Of a stretch of DNA of 64,000 nucleotides, positions 26,294 through 41,344 are shown piece by piece. Numbering within the stretch: the stretch's first letter is position 1; each line of letters opens with the position of its first letter. The notes below the pieces were generated by a model that saw nothing but the letters and a program-made list of their open reading frames with translations, made no database searches and was not told where the DNA came from. The position numbers were made by a program, and so were the translations under genes. The stretch comes from Octopus vulgaris (Eukaryota): the NCBI GenBank assembly GCA_951406725.2, contig OX597820.1, positions 63,302,001-63,366,000 on the forward strand, in the 5' to 3' direction.

Positions 26294-26505
26294 GGTTTCA
26301 AAGTTTGGCACAAAGCCAGGTTTTCAGATGTGAAAGCTAGTCGCCTACCTCGATGACTGTGCTCAGCTTGTACTTATTTCATTGAAACTGAAAGGATAAA
26401 AGGCAAAGTTGACCTTGGCGGAATTTGAACTCAGAAGGAAATAGATGGACGAAATGCCGCTAAGCATTTTATCCAGCGAGCTAACGATTCTGCCAGCTCG
26501 CCACC
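26294..26505 (-). mobile_element. SINE family B with about 16-bp TSD
   Basis: Family B core; flanks agccactgttcatatt (26278) and agccatcgttaatatt (26508). Confidence 0.88.
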
Positions 26506-26645
26506 TGAGCCATCGTTAATATTCAATGTTATTAGAATATATGAACAGCATCTGAGTCATTATTGGAAAAACCGCTACTAAATGTACCGGTTTGTTCCAT
26601 TTAAACTATCCTCTTAAACAAGCAATTGCACAAACTCGCACATGC

Positions 26646-26698
<53 letters not shown>

Positions 26699-27165
26699 GT
26701 GTGTGTGTGACTGCGTGTGTATATTTGTGTGCGTGCTTCCGTGCGTAACTGTGTTGTCTTCATGATAAGACCGTCTTGTACATTGTTCTTTTCTCATAAT
26801 GAAGACTTGATTTCGAAATTATATTTCCTGACGAGTTTTCGATGTTAGTTGGGAATAGTATAGTACTCAAGACAAATAAGGTATTTAAAGCTTCTACGTG
26901 ATATATCCTAATTGAAACTACCACTGGGGTTGTGTATACCTGCATTTCTATAGCCGATAAAAATAATGACAATGATGTTTTTGCTAGAGTGGTATTATCA
27001 TCGGAGGGAAATTTTTGAATTTTCTCACATTTCTAACAGAAAGCATTAGGTAGAAAACTTTTGAGCTTACATCCCATTTTGATTCCTTCAGGAAAAAAAG
27101 AAGAGAAGCAAGCACCTCACTGTGAACGGACAATGCTAGTATACGCCACATACTTATTCAAAATA

Positions 27166-28205
27166 TTAGGTTGGCAAGAAAGTTCTTTAAATTCAGATGT
27201 ACATATCTCGCCTCAAACAAAACTTTATTAATCGAAATAAACACCATCAGAATGAACACAGTTTTACCAACGCGAAACAAGTTTACTTATGCCAGTAGAT
27301 TAAAGATCCTGCGTTCTGGTGGCGATGCAGTCATTGAAGGGTTGTATGGCATTGTCTTGGTTTTTGAAGCATTTCTCACGCAGGATGTTGTCGAGATGCT
27401 TGAAAAAGTGCTAGATGATAGGGGAAAGATCTGGCGAGTGTGGCGGTTGAGGCAGAGTTTTGTAGCGCAATTCGTTCAACTTCTGCTGGGTCAGTTGTGT
27501 GACGTGCAGCCGAGCGTTGCCTTGGAGAAAAAATGATCCTCTTCTATTGACCAATGCTGACAGTACTTCGCCGCCGTAATGGTTTCGCCCGGATCCAAAA
27601 AGCTGTGATGGATGGGACCTGCCGCAGACCACCAAACAGTCACCATGACATTCTTTTGGTGCAACTTTGGCTTTGGGAAGTGCCGTGGAGCTTCGTCGGC
27701 GTCCAACCACTGAACTGAGTGTCGTTGGTTGTCGTAAAGAATCCACTTTTCATAGCAAGTCACAATCGGGTCGAGAAACGGGTCGTTCTTGTTGCATAAA
27801 AGAAGGGAGGCGACAATTCAAAACTTTTTTTGATCAACATCCGATGAACGACCACTACGCTTATCATCTTCAAAACACGTCACTGCTACGAAATTGCTTG
27901 CACCACCATTGTGGTTCCTGGGCCAAATGCATTGTTGATATCACGAGCTGTTTCAGCAGCTTTTCGACATAGCATGAACTGGAATACGAAAATTGTGCGA
28001 ATTTGCTTTTTGTCCATGCTGTATTCAACGTTTCGGGAAAAAATGGCCTAATTATTCAAAAAGAAAAAGTAACACGATTAGATAGAGCGAAAAACGGGCT
28101 TTAAAATGATATATGAAATCAAAGTCATTTAACGAAAATTAATTTGCAAATACATCATTTAAAACTAAAATTTAAAATTCCACAAGAACTTTCTTGACAA
28201 CCTAA
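27166..28205 (-). mobile_element. Mariner transposon (Hsmar1/cecropia-like), internally deleted
   Basis: TIRs ttaggttg(g/t)caagaaagttct at 27166-27186 and 28185-28205; TA on the left; transposase motifs [24 protein letters not shown] and PPHSPDLSP. Confidence 0.92.
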
Positions 28206-28884
28206 ACATTTTGAATTACAACTTCATTGCAATTTTTAATCAGTTGTTGCTTACATTTATACTGTCTACAATGTGAAGTTCCACAAAGTATTGCCTTGAT
28301 GCACCAATGGGGTCAATGTACAAGCTTCGTAAACAATGTATAGTAGTGACTCTCTCTCTCTCTCTTTCTCCTCCTCTCTCTCATTCCTTCTCAAATACTG
28401 TAGTACTGAACGAAAACGGTCTACGATAAGAAAGGTAATCCCTGCAGACGTGTAGTATTATGACAACAGACACGCACACACAAACATACACACACACACA
28501 CACACAAACACGCACACACACACGCACACACACACATACACGCACAATCAGTCAAACGCGCATTCATTTATACACAGAAACTTTCGATTGACGTTAAAAG
28601 TCACAAACAATGTAGCAATAATATAAGTGAATAAAAAAAAAACTCTACCTCTTTCTAAATATGCAACCAACAAAATGGAAGAGAAAAGTACGAAGGGTTC
28701 AGAAATACGTTAATGTACCAAACAAACGCTAACTAATTCAAACGGAAGTATGCAGATAAAATGAGATAACAGTGTTGTTTTCAATAGGATATGATTAAAA
28801 GATACGCTGTTCCGTAATCACGCACAAACACACTGACGTATATTATATGGATGATAGTTTATGCGGGGTTACTATGCATAATAC

Positions 28885-28915
<31 letters not shown>

Positions 28916-29432
28916 CATGTGTATGTGTGGGTGTGAGTGTTGCGGGCGTGTGTGTACTCCTACTTAACGCATGTCAGCGATTCGGTTTAATAACGCTCTT
29001 CAACATCAAACAGGACCTGTCAGCTTGAATTAATCTCTGCTCTTTTGTAAGACTCGGCTAGAAATTATAAAATGAATCCTTACTGAATTCTAGATATGCG
29101 CTAATAATAAATGTATGTATGTACGTATACATATATATATATATATATATACATTATCCATGGGCGTTGAATTATATATTTGGGTGTTTATAAAAAACTA
29201 TTCATTTTTGAATATACATGAAGTCTTTACAGATATGTTCTACGTAAACATATACACAACACCCACTCAGACAATTATATGTATATAAATATACAAGTAT
29301 GTATATAGATAGATACATACATACACGCATACATTTATACATACACACAAATTAATAGGTATATGCATGTGAGTGTATGATTATGTAAATCTTTGTTATT
29401 TTGTTAGTGTGTACAGTGTGTCCGCGCCCGGT

Positions 29433-29487
<55 letters not shown>

Positions 29488-29635
29488 ATAAACGTATCAT
29501 TTTCACCCTGAGAGAACACAGTATTTAAACTCATCAATAAATTATATCGCCATGGCAACTTTTAATATTATTCCATTCCTTCCCTAACATCTTCCGCCGT
29601 TTGTCGAATATGACACAAACTTACCAATTTTGAGA

Positions 29636-29642
29636 ATGTTGC

Positions 29643-29683
<41 letters not shown>

Positions 29684-29787
29684 ATGTCGTGTTTGGTGAA
29701 GTGTGTGTAGATGGTTGGCGTCTCTGCGTTGGTGGAGCTGTTAGTTGTAGCATCGACTTGATTGTGCAGATGATGATGATAATGATG

Positions 29788-29821
<34 letters not shown>

Positions 29822-29921
29822 TAATAATACTAATAATAATAATAATAATACATCATAACCATCATTGTCGTCGTCGTCGTCGTTATCTTCGTTATTTTAT
29901 TATTATTATTATTATTATTAC

Positions 29922-30000
<79 letters not shown>

Positions 30001-30008
30001 TATTATTA

Positions 30009-30099
<91 letters not shown>

Positions 30100-30400
30100 G
30101 TGCAGCTTGTGTTCTTGGTGATGATGATGATGCTGGTTTCTGCTAATTATATTAGTTTGTATGTCGATAAATATGGCATTGCCGTTCTGTTGATTATGAA
30201 GACGATGATGGTAATGATGATGATGATGACGATGATAATGATGCTGGCGATGATTATGATAATGATGACAACGACGACGGCGTTGGTGGTGGTGTTGTTG
30301 CTGTTGGTGGTGGTCATCGTCCTGGTGATGGTGGTGATAGTGATGTGGTTGGTGGTGAAGACGAGGACGACGATGATAATGACCACAATATTGACGTTAT
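29636..30400. repeat. Compound trinucleotide array (GCT, GAT, ATA, TAT, GGT)
   Basis: Seen directly in the sequence. Confidence 0.95.
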
Positions 30401-30974
30401 AGTTGTGATAATTGCGACGAAGTTTTCACAACATCAGTATTTATTTATTCATCAGACTATTGTCAGCGATCTTCTCTTCGTGGTAGGGGTGGTGGTATTG
30501 ATGATGTGGTTATATATTTATGTATGTGTCGTGACGCTAGTAGCGGTCAGTGAGGAAATGTTGTCGTCACACTTCTAATTGTGGCATTGCTATCTCTGCA
30601 GTAAAAAGTTAGGGATGGTGTTGGTGTGGCGGGGTTTATACTCACATTGACGTGGTCTTCGTAATTTCACTCATATTCATTTATTAGGAATCTAGCTCCG
30701 GATATTCTTGTATTCTCAAATAGTATCTACTATGTGTCCTTCTACTGCGGAAATGCTGAAATACTTTCTAAATATTGTCCCCTTTCTTTTACTCAAATTT
30801 CTTTCTTCAATAATATTCAGTAAATTAATGCACAGTTAAGCCAGAACGTTGCCATACTCTATAAGTCCATCTTTTTTGCAAGCGTAGAAATACTCAAATC
30901 CTATGGTTCCTTTTAATCATACGCTTGTTTTTTGCTTATAATTCATACGCATAAAATTCGTTTCCGTTCATTTG

Positions 30975-31303
30975 GAGGAGGAGGAGACCCCCTTCGGTTA
31001 TGAATGACCATGGGATTGCACTAAGAAAGTTACCCTCCGAGGTACAAATCCGGGCGAGGTTGTTTATGGAAGACCAGCAGTCACCCATGAATACCAGCCT
31101 CCCCTCTCCACACCACTGATGTTATCCAAGGGAAAAGCAGAGGCCGATACAGCTTGGTTACTAGTGATGTCGCAACTCATTTCTACAGCTGAGTAAACTG
31201 GAGCAACGTGAAATAAAGTGCCTTGTTCAAGAACGCAACGCACAGCCCGATCCGGGAATCGAACTCACAACCTCACGATCGTAAGCTCTACGCTCTATCC
31301 TTG
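30975..31303 (-). mobile_element. SINE family C variant
   Basis: cagctgagtaaactggagcaacgtgaaataaagtgccttg...gggaatcgaactcacaacc. Confidence 0.85.
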
Positions 31304-33049
31304 CGTTTATTTACTTTGTAACATATTGATGTATTGTAATATTGCTGATATCGTAAGTGTTAATGTTTTGATTTTGGTTTTGACCCTAGCTCACGAGAAT
31401 AGTGTCATGGCAAGAATCGAAATCGAAGACAAAGCTATTAAAAAAAGGAGAGAAGTATTTATCGTACTAAATCACCACTTTTAGCCTTATTACTCAGAGA
31501 ACGCAATACCTCCTTCTTTGAGAATCAATAATATGCCCTTATGCCCATTTGCGCAGACACTACTCCTGATTCTGTGTCATATAAGCGTCTGTGAACAGAA
31601 AGCGTCCCCTTGATCGGGATGTCGAAACATTTGGCTTCAACTTCCACTTGGGAGTTATTTTCATCTGAGTTGACTGAAGCAACGTAAATCGAAATATCGT
31701 AGTGGAAGACACAGTGTGTTATACTCACGTGGCGGATGGGAGTCACTAACCCATGTTCTTGCAGTTGTGTCCTCAACACATTAACCACTAAAAGGTATGG
31801 CTGCATATTGTACACTAGTGCTACGATTGGATAGCTTCCTTCATGTGAGGTATCAAAGGATGATTCCGCTTTCTATTCCCTTCTATCTCCCTCTCTCTAT
31901 TTCTTCCTCTTTCTCTCTCTTTCTCTCCCTCTATTTCTCCCCCCCCTCGCTCTCTCTATCTCGCTCTGTACGATAAAGAAAATAAGGAAAGCAAGTTAAC
32001 ATCGCAGCTATACCAATCTTTTGACCACCAAATTCTGTGTTCTCCGAGAAAGAAAGGGTAGCAGACCCATGCTTTAAAAGTCCTGATGTAGAAGTTCTTG
32101 TGGCAATACTATTGCAGTATAGCTTTGGGGTTGCCATGATTTAGTTCCAGCTCGTACCTTCTTCGATCAATCCTATAATTAGTAGCTAGCTAGACGTGAC
32201 GATCCAGACGTGCTTTAGTATCCTCTAAAGTACGTCATTCAGTTAAGTTAGTGATAAGTATTGACGTTAATAGATTAGATCTAAGTATGTCGATTGATCC
32301 TACAATTGTTTTCTTTTAACTATTCAGAGGGTGGTGAATAATATATTTAGATCATTCAATGTTTCCTTCCTTCCGTTAAATATCTTAGTACGTAATTTGA
32401 GGAAAGCAACGTTCACGTATTGCATGGTTTCTTCCTTGTATTGTGTGATTACCTACTTAATTGTGGAGAAGATGGTTCACCAGTAGTTCAGAATTAGTGC
32501 GGAATGCTCATCCACTTACAAGCTAACTCAATGATTATAAACAACACAGTCGTCGAATACTTTCGAAGATCCGTTCATTGTTGGTGTTTCGACTGAAAGT
32601 ATTGTTTGTGAACCTTTGTCAAAAACGTTGCTTTGTCTAATCAAAACAACACATTACTTTTATGACAACTGTGATATTGCTAAGCTGGTTGTATCAGTCA
32701 TTATGCTATTGTATTTGTAGTATTTAGTTTGTAGCAGGTTGACAGTAAGATGTTGATGCTTACTGTGTGTACTAAGCAAAAATTCAACCGGTCTGTATCT
32801 ATACGTCCTTTAGGAAAACCTCTGTGTTTTATCTGCAGCGCAAATGTGAGAACAGCCCGATAGTTTTTGTTTCGTTATTTCCAATAAAACAGAATTCTCG
32901 ATTCGCAATTTTTAGTACAGATATAACAAACCACCAAAAACGATCTTAAGAGAAATCCAACGAGTAACAAGCGCATCCATTTTTTTATTTGCATATCAGG
33001 TATATTCATTGACAGTGTGTCTTTCAAGTTAGGTTGTTGTTGTTTTTTT

Positions 33050-33205
33050 ACACAAGGCCAGTATTTTCGGGGGATGTGCAAGTCGATTAGATCGATCCCA
33101 GTGACTCACTGGTTCTTATTTTCTCGATCCTGAAAGTATGAAAGGTAAAGTCGTATTCGGTGGAATTTGAACTTAAAACGTAAAGACGGACGAAATGCCA
33201 CCAAG
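33050..33205 (-). mobile_element. SINE family B (partial)
   Basis: agtcgatta.atcga.cccagtg...gaaaggtaaagtcg...ggaatttgaact. Confidence 0.8.
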
Positions 33206-33662
33206 ATTTTTGCTTTAATAATGCATTGACAGAATATTAGGAGGGATGTGATTGTACTTCTATCTTTATTGATTTCAGTGAATCAAAAGTACTTAGTAGT
33301 AACTGAAGTGTCATAGTTTCCTCTCTGTTTAGCTCAACTAGTTTAAGAGGTTTAAAAAGATTTATGAGCTAACATGTAGGAACACAGATTTCGGGAAGGA
33401 ACACAGGCATAACTGCCAGATTAAGGGATTTGCTTTCTAGAAACCTATTGAAATTTCAGTTGAACAGTAAGGAATCGGAGCATACACCTCCTGACAGAGC
33501 ATCGGTTGGTTGAGCCCTCCTTGTCCGGAAAAGGCTATGGATATATATCGTATAATATTATTGTTATATTTCGGAATGATTATTTTTTTTGCCAAATTAA
33601 CACACGCACTATATATTCGTTCTTCACTTCATCCTTATTATTGTTCTTTTTTGTGTCCTTTG

Positions 33663-33705
33663 TTTTAAATCTTTCGTCGCACATCCTGTGACCTCTTCAG
33701 CGAAA
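33663..33705 (-). ncRNA. Decayed hammerhead-like motif
   Basis: Reverse complement: CTGAAGA-g-gtcac(aggatgt)gcgac-GAAA-gatt-TA. Same stem II architecture as the 14.7-kb motif, but with C3-G8; stem I is weak. Confidence 0.5.
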
Positions 33706-33914
33706 TTCCATTCCATATGTCTCCTCCTGTCTTGTATAGTCCATTCTGTCTGTATGTGGCGTGTACCCTTATCCGAGCAACGCTTTTGCGTCACTAATTC
33801 CGTGTGTGTACACGTCTGTAATTGTGTGCATATATATCTATATCTATATATGTGTAAATATATATTTACATTTATACATATATGCAGGCACACACACACA
33901 CATACATACATACA

Positions 33915-33967
<53 letters not shown>

Positions 33968-34672
33968 CTGTAGAGGGACACTGTCACTTTCACGTGTGTA
34001 TGTGTGTGTATGCGTCTGTGTTAGTGTGGATAATTAGCATATCACAATAAAGAATATATTACATTGCGTTTGAGTCATACCCAAGGATGAAAATATTGGC
34101 CGACTTAGATTTTATTCCCTTACATGTTTAGTAAATTATATTCCAGACAAAGAAACCGCTTCGATATGACCAACTAAGATTTAAAGTATGCTTCAATTAA
34201 CATGACTGCTCGTCAATAATTTATGAAGTAAACAAATAAAAATAAAAAAATCCTGGGATTTTGTTAGACACATCTGATATTACCAATCCATCTTACAGAA
34301 TTTTATATTAAAATAAAATGCAGTCTCAATATGTGGAAGATAACAGGCAGTCAAATAGGTGACGCCAAAAAACAGTCATTGATTGAACTAGCAATCTACC
34401 AACAGCACAGAACAGTATGCAATAAATTTAAACTGAACAAAACCGACATGTAGCTGCACAGCCCCAGAAATTATATTAAAACAAATAAGTGCTAAGATTT
34501 CATTTCCGGTATTGGGGTTTACGATTAGTAATAATTTATGGATAAAGTATGTATTCCGGTTTGGAATTAGAGCTTATTATTTATTACTTAATAATGTAAT
34601 TGAAAATAAAAAAAGTTTCATAGGACATTATAGTATTAGTTCGTTTGACAACTATATATAAATTAAGTGTAC

Positions 34673-34705
<33 letters not shown>

Positions 34706-35324
34706 GGTGCGTGTGTATGTATGTATATGTATATAGATAGATTCATACATACATACAAATAGATATGTATGCATGTATGTCTGTATATATGTATGCCAGA
34801 GAAGAGATGAAAGGAAACAGCTCTCAACAACTTTAGTGGGCGTTACATGTATTTTTAATAACAGTTCGAATCAGCTCGACTTGACTATTCCTAGCGTCTG
34901 ATGAGTTGCACGCCCACAAAGCGTAAAGCCAAGCGGAACTGAGTGAAATTGTTATATTATATTGCATTGTATTGTATATTATTATGCGTCTGTATGAGTG
35001 TGCGTAGTCTAGTGGTTAGTGTGCTGAACGTTGTGTTCTTGCGTAAGGCATTTCATATCACGCTGCTCTGCGATCTCTTCGACATCTGAGGTGTGACTGA
35101 AGCACCAGTCCACAACCTTCATTTGGTCTACTAAAAAAGAGAAATTTTTTTTGAATGGCATGTACATTCATTAAAATGCTTTTTGAGATTGTCTCTACTT
35201 CTAAATCGGTGTTAATCACAACTCTCAGGCGGTACAAATGTAATTTCTTTGAAAATTAACGTACATATATTAAATCAAGAATTCGTGTCCTATGTTGTTT
35301 AATATATATTCTTTATTATATAAT

Positions 35325-35582
35325 TCTTTTATTTGTTTCAGTCATTTGACTGCGACCATGCTGGAGTACCGCCTTTAGTTGAAGAAATCGTCCCCGCGAA
35401 ATAATTTTTGTAAACCTCGTACTTATTCTATCGAAGTATTTTGCCAAACCGCTAAGTTACATAGGCGTAAGCACACCAGCAGCAGCTATAGTTGAAGACA
35501 CTTGCGCAAAGTGCCACACAGCGGGACTGAACCCGTAACCATGTAGTTTGTAAGCAAGCAACTTACCACGCAACCACTCCTA

Positions 35583-35585
<3 letters not shown>
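35325..35585 (-). mobile_element. SINE family A, internally deleted
   Basis: Tail and head joined without the central microsatellite segment. Confidence 0.85.
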
Positions 35586-35670
<85 letters not shown>

Positions 35671-36674
35671 GGGATGGTAATTGAAAACACGAATAGCTAA
35701 GTTTTTAAAAATTAATCATATTCGAGGATACGATATAAGTATAAGGTGTTATTTAGAGATTCAACTATGAGTCCAGCGCATTTTATACTAGAAACAGCTA
35801 TAAGCTAATAGAGTTCAGCTCTATACTAATCCTCCAGCACTTCGTTCTGAAGCATACGTATACTGAGTTCTATAACAGATTATTAGTCTCCATATATATA
35901 TACGCACATAAACACACACACGCAGACATATATATATATATATATATATGTGTGTATACATATCCATGTGTGGGGAGTGCATATATATACATATATAGAG
36001 ACAGAGATATAGAGGGATAGACAGAGAGACATACAGACAGACAGACTAAATGAATGCTGACATACTCGATGTAGTAAGTTAAGAAAGTAGGAGTAATTAA
36101 ATTTTCACCATTAGAAATGAGAACAATTATTGTCAAATTATCTCTTCTCGGTTAGAAAGTGCACTTAGGTCAAACCCAAAATTTTTATTGAAATTATATT
36201 AAGTATGGAATGCGAAGATTTATGAGTTTGATCTTTAGGAATGCAACAAAAGCTTCAGACTTTTCGGACCAGAATTTGTAATTTACATAAATATATGTTT
36301 CTTAGTACTAATGTTGTAAATTTACTTAATTGAAATTTCGTGGCTTGTAACAATAAGTATGCTATTTCCTACTTTACTATTAAGTTTCCATGCTGCAGAT
36401 ATTCGCAGTTTTATTCCTCAGTCAATGTTTGAAAATTCTTAAGCCATACTGTGTTCATTCAAAACACGATCGTAATATATTCTGTACACATGTACGATTC
36501 CCTAATGCTTTTATACTCAGATTTGCTGATATTAGAATATATGCGAAACATGCCCACGGTTTGTACAATCGGGGAAACAAAATCAAGCATACTTACCACT
36601 GTATCCCGTATTTTATTAATTTTAATTGTTTAATATTTCATACCTGTCTCTCCTTCTTATTATGAGTTGTTATA

Positions 36675-37060
36675 GGCGTAGGAGTGGTTGTGTGGTAAGT
36701 AGTTTGCTTACGACCCACATGGTTTCATGTTCAGTCCCACTGTGTGGCACCATGGGCAAGTGCCTTCTACTATAGATTCGGGCCGACCAAAGTCTTGTGA
36801 GTGGATTTGGTAGACGGAAACTGAACGAGACCCGTCGTATATATGTGTGTGTATATATGTTTGTGTGTCTGTGTTTTCCCCCCAACATCGCTTGACAACC
36901 GAAGCTGGTGTGTTAACATCCCCATAACTTATCGTTTCGGCAAAAGCCACCGATAGAATAAGTACCAGGCTTACAAAGAATAAGTCCTTTGCTCGACTAA
37001 AGGCGGTGATCCAGCATGGCCACAGTCAAATGACTGAAACAAGCAAAAGAGTAAAAGAGT
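36675..37060 (+). mobile_element. Full-length SINE, family A
   Basis: Homologous to 9284-9707. Confidence 0.92.
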
Positions 37061-38722
37061 ATTTGATAATGTTTTAGCTTGTAAGATGAATTAAATAATA
37101 TCTCTTGGTTGACTAAATCAAGTATACTATTGAACATTCATTGTCATCTATATGTGTGTATATGAGAAAGAGAGAGGGTGTGCGTGTGTGTATGTGTGTG
37201 TACACATGTGTATCTCAGACAATATTTTATTTTGTTTTAAATTCATCTTGAACTGGTGAAAATTCCTTCTGAATATTGGAATCGTTTCAGCAAGGTTGCA
37301 TGTGATGTTTTCTACCACTTATTATGAGCACTATTTAAGCTGAGGGAAAAAAGTCTTGATTACTTGACCCATTTCAAAGAACGTATGATATATATCCTTT
37401 CGTACGTGCAGCCACGTACCGAATTACGAGTAGCTGCATCGACCGAATATTTTCATTTAAGAGTGGAGCTTTGATTTCTCACTCATATATAGCTACCATA
37501 TCTATGACAAATCGTTCTCTACAACTCTTTCATATTTTTAAATCACTGCGCTGCCATTTCTGTCAGTCTAGTGCCAACGATGAAGGAAATCCTATATCAA
37601 GCAAAATTCCACGACATATCACTATTTTTTATACTACTCTCATCAAAGATCATGTGTGTCCCTAAGTTCTTCATATTTTAAACACTTTTATTGTACCTGT
37701 CTTCCAGAATCATACGTAACTCAACAACTAGGATTGAAATGTCACTTCAAACTAGTTCGATGCGTTGCTTTTTATTATGATAGCCCTAAAAACGAAATTG
37801 GAGCCTAATTGCCATCGAATCTTAGCAGAAAGTCAAAGTTGTATTGTGGCCATCAGATTTTCAACAAACGATCATGATAAAAACCGTGTTGCATGATCAT
37901 TTGAGCGAAACTGCAGATTTTTTTATGACAGTCCCTGTTTTAGGTTGGCTGCAACCATCTTGGTATTTATCTAAAGGAACTGCGTATTTAGGTCAAGAGC
38001 CCCAATGACTCGTACTGTGGTTATTACTATTTATTCTCTTCCACTGTAAAAGCGACACTCCTATGCATTCTCGGTACTGTGAACAGGTTGCGGTTTTTCT
38101 TGGCATTGTATGACATGGACATCAATTATATAACTCCTACAACTGCAGCTGAAGAGATTATAATTCTATAATTATTTCCACAATAGAAGTAATTCGACAT
38201 AATGTAATAAGCAAAAGTGATTTGCCATAAAGAAAACAGTGAAACACAGAAGGCATACTAGTATAAGTTAAACAGAATTTGGTATGCTATTAAATTGACT
38301 TCTGATGATACTCAGATAACAAGGTCACTCGACAAAATTTTCTTGTTTCTTTAACAGAGCCCCGAGAGTATCAGTCAAATGAAAGAATGAAACGACATCT
38401 CATTTGTTATCTCTTGACCAAATACACTTAGCATGTCTACTAACAATACTTAAACCATTTACAATAGCTGAAGAATAGGCGGTATTATTAAATCGCTCCA
38501 CAAATTATCTCTACAGGACAAATCTGCATAGTTTTGTGTTAGCTACTTGATCCTGCAATGCTTGGTAGATACAGAAAATAACGGAATACAGATGAGTTGG
38601 AGATATACGTAGTACTATTAAACACGAAACTATGGAAAAAAAAACCTTTAATAGATTATATATAAAATGATTGTTTAAAGAGGAACCGATAGGTGTTCAC
38701 GACTCTCTAAAATTCTATCATA

Positions 38723-38763
<41 letters not shown>

Positions 38764-38766
<3 letters not shown>

Positions 38767-38933
38767 ATAGTTTATGAAAAAAACAAAAGACGAAGACAGG
38801 TGGTGTACAAAACAAACAGATGTATTAGTATAACGCTCAGGAATAGAAAAAGTCTTTTATGTTTCGAGCCTACGCTCTTCTACAGAAAGGGACACAGAAA
38901 AAACAAGGAGAGAAAAATGTGTGTGGTGGCTAA

Positions 38934-38935
<2 letters not shown>
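38764..38935 (-). mobile_element. Short pLTR-like element in (TA)n with atypical HHR motif (38854-38889)
   Basis: Reverse complement: cttt-CTGTAGAA-gagc(gtag)gctc-GAAA-ca-TA-aaag; (TA)n on both sides. Confidence 0.78.
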
Positions 38936-38973
<38 letters not shown>

Positions 38974-39211
38974 CATCCATGAATGAGAAACAAGTTGGAA
39001 AAAATAGCACCCGACTACCGGTAATAGAGTTTTATGTTTTATTAATGATAATAATATATATATGTTATATTTTCTTAAGAACGTAGTACAGTACATTATA
39101 AAGCTAGTCCAGCTTCAGATTTACGCTGTGCTATCCGGCAGTACTATTATATGTACTTCCATGTTTGCTTTTGGGTATCTGTCTTGCGTGAATAGATAAT
39201 TGGAGAAGAAT

Positions 39212-40629
39212 ATGTACGGTTGGATGTTGAATCTTTTGATCGCTACATTTGTTTCCACGCAGCCTAGATCCTGGGGCATGCAGGTACTTGATTATATAAC
39301 CGCTTCCTTTCATTATGAAATCTAATTGTGCTTCCTCAGGCAATATGTAAATATTCTCTCCGAAATGAGAATGTCCAAATTTATGCAATTATATATATAT
39401 AGATAACTACTCCACAAGTAATCCTATAATACTCAATAAAGCACTCATATTTTCAATAAAAGAATTCTAGTTTATCTAGTCATATGTACACATAATGTTA
39501 ACAGCACGAGAAACAGTTATGTATTACGACTACAAAATATGGACAACAACAGATAGAACGAATTCTTTCGGCAAGCCAATAGGTTCGAACGACTCAGCTC
39601 AGGTCACGGATATCGTAGGAACGTACAACGTATTGCACATCAAATCTTCATTCTTACAAATAGCGGCGAGTCTATACACAGACGATGCCCTTTCCCTATT
39701 AAATATTGTACTAAAGTAGAAATGGAGGGATACAGACAAAAGCTACATAAATTATTTTAAAATGTCGGCCTATCTATAACCACAGACAGTGATTACCGTA
39801 AGATAAATTTCCTAGGTGCTACTTTTAACCGAATGTATCTTAGATAAATAAATTCAAAGTCCAATCATCTACCATCTATAATCAAAGGAACACTTCAGAA
39901 CATAGACAGTAGAATATCACGCCTATCAGCCACTGAAACTATATTCAATATAGACGCACCTTACTATAATGAAACACCAGCTAGGGTCGGGTATAACGAA
40001 AAAAATCAAGCTCACGCCTGGCAAATACTCATGCACTTAAAGTAGAAAACATACACAACACGAAGAACAACAACAAAGCAATAAACACAAAAACACAAGA
40101 CAGAATCGAAAGAAATGAAAACTATAAACAAAGCCCAAAAGATTTACAATGATAGCGAAAGTGACACACAAACTGCCAACACCACACAAAGCCGATAAAA
40201 GGAACCAAACTAAAAATACTGAAATTCCGAGGTCCTCTAGTATAACTTAATTTTCGGATCGCAAATGTCATTGAAGATAGGTAAATATTTCCTTGCAGCG
40301 TTGGATAGGTGCTTCCCTAAAACACATAAATACTATCGTATCTTCAACAAGCACACAGGGTAAGTACACCACATCCAGCAAAATGGAGTACTACACGCAC
40401 AAAAACAGCAATATAAAATATACATGCAAATAAGGACCACAGATATAGAACAAACAGATCAAAAGAACACAGTACATAGGAACAATAAAAAAAAAATAAA
40501 CACAATAGGGATCACAAAACATGGTTAATTCGACACTTATAATAGGATTTAAACAAAAACTCTAAAAAGAATTGACAAAACAGGCTGTAACATCAAGAAC
40601 ACTTCAGACACTGCTAATTAATCGGAACA

Positions 40630-40703
<74 letters not shown>

Positions 40704-41299
40704 ACATACACACACACACACAAGAAAATCAACATATAATTACAAAAATAATAATAGTGCAAATAATTGCAGCTGCCGCAAGAAATCTGACTGTCCGCTC
40801 AGGAACCAACGCATACAAAAAAACATCATATACAAATGCACAATTACCACACCATAACATAAATACGCATAAATAGGTGCACTCCTGAAACCAATTTAAT
40901 ATCCGTTATCGTAACCAAATTTCCTTATTCCAAAAGATAAGCCGGTGACACGCAACATTACTAACGGACCTAATAAGGAGATTAATAGAAGGAAAAATGA
41001 AATATGAAAGCGAATGGTCAATAATAAAAAATGCACACCTAAGTAATAGACCATCATACGTATCTGACTTGTGCCTTGTAGAAGCCCTGTGCATCCTGTT
41101 AAGTAGCAAAAACTTGGTAAATAAAAAATACCAAGATGTTCCTACCGCGTCAAATGTGCATTTTCTAGATTCAAAACTGAAATGATAATAATAATCAAAT
41201 GAACTCCTTCCTGTCCCCTTTCCCTATCCATGTGTGCGTGTGTACCTATATGTGCCTGTCTGCGTTTTTACTATATATGAATGTATGTCCCTACATACG

Positions 41300-41344
<45 letters not shown>

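Noticed and set aside
29790-30100. (ATA)n followed by (TAT)n forming a potential hairpin
   Set aside because: Simple-repeat complementarity, common in this genome; no evidence of function.
34890-34950. CTGATGA-gttg...caagc-GGAA hammerhead-like motif
   Set aside because: Second core half and stems I/III are not recoverable; too degenerate to call.
35760-35810. GAAA-cagcta-TA-agc similar to the CAGCTG HHR family
   Set aside because: Upstream core is incomplete (ctatga) and there is no stem II; could be a relic but unsupported.
38079-38094. 16-nt match gtgaacaggttgcggt to the 14.7-kb palindrome
   Set aside because: No flanking similarity; chance match or an uninformative remnant.
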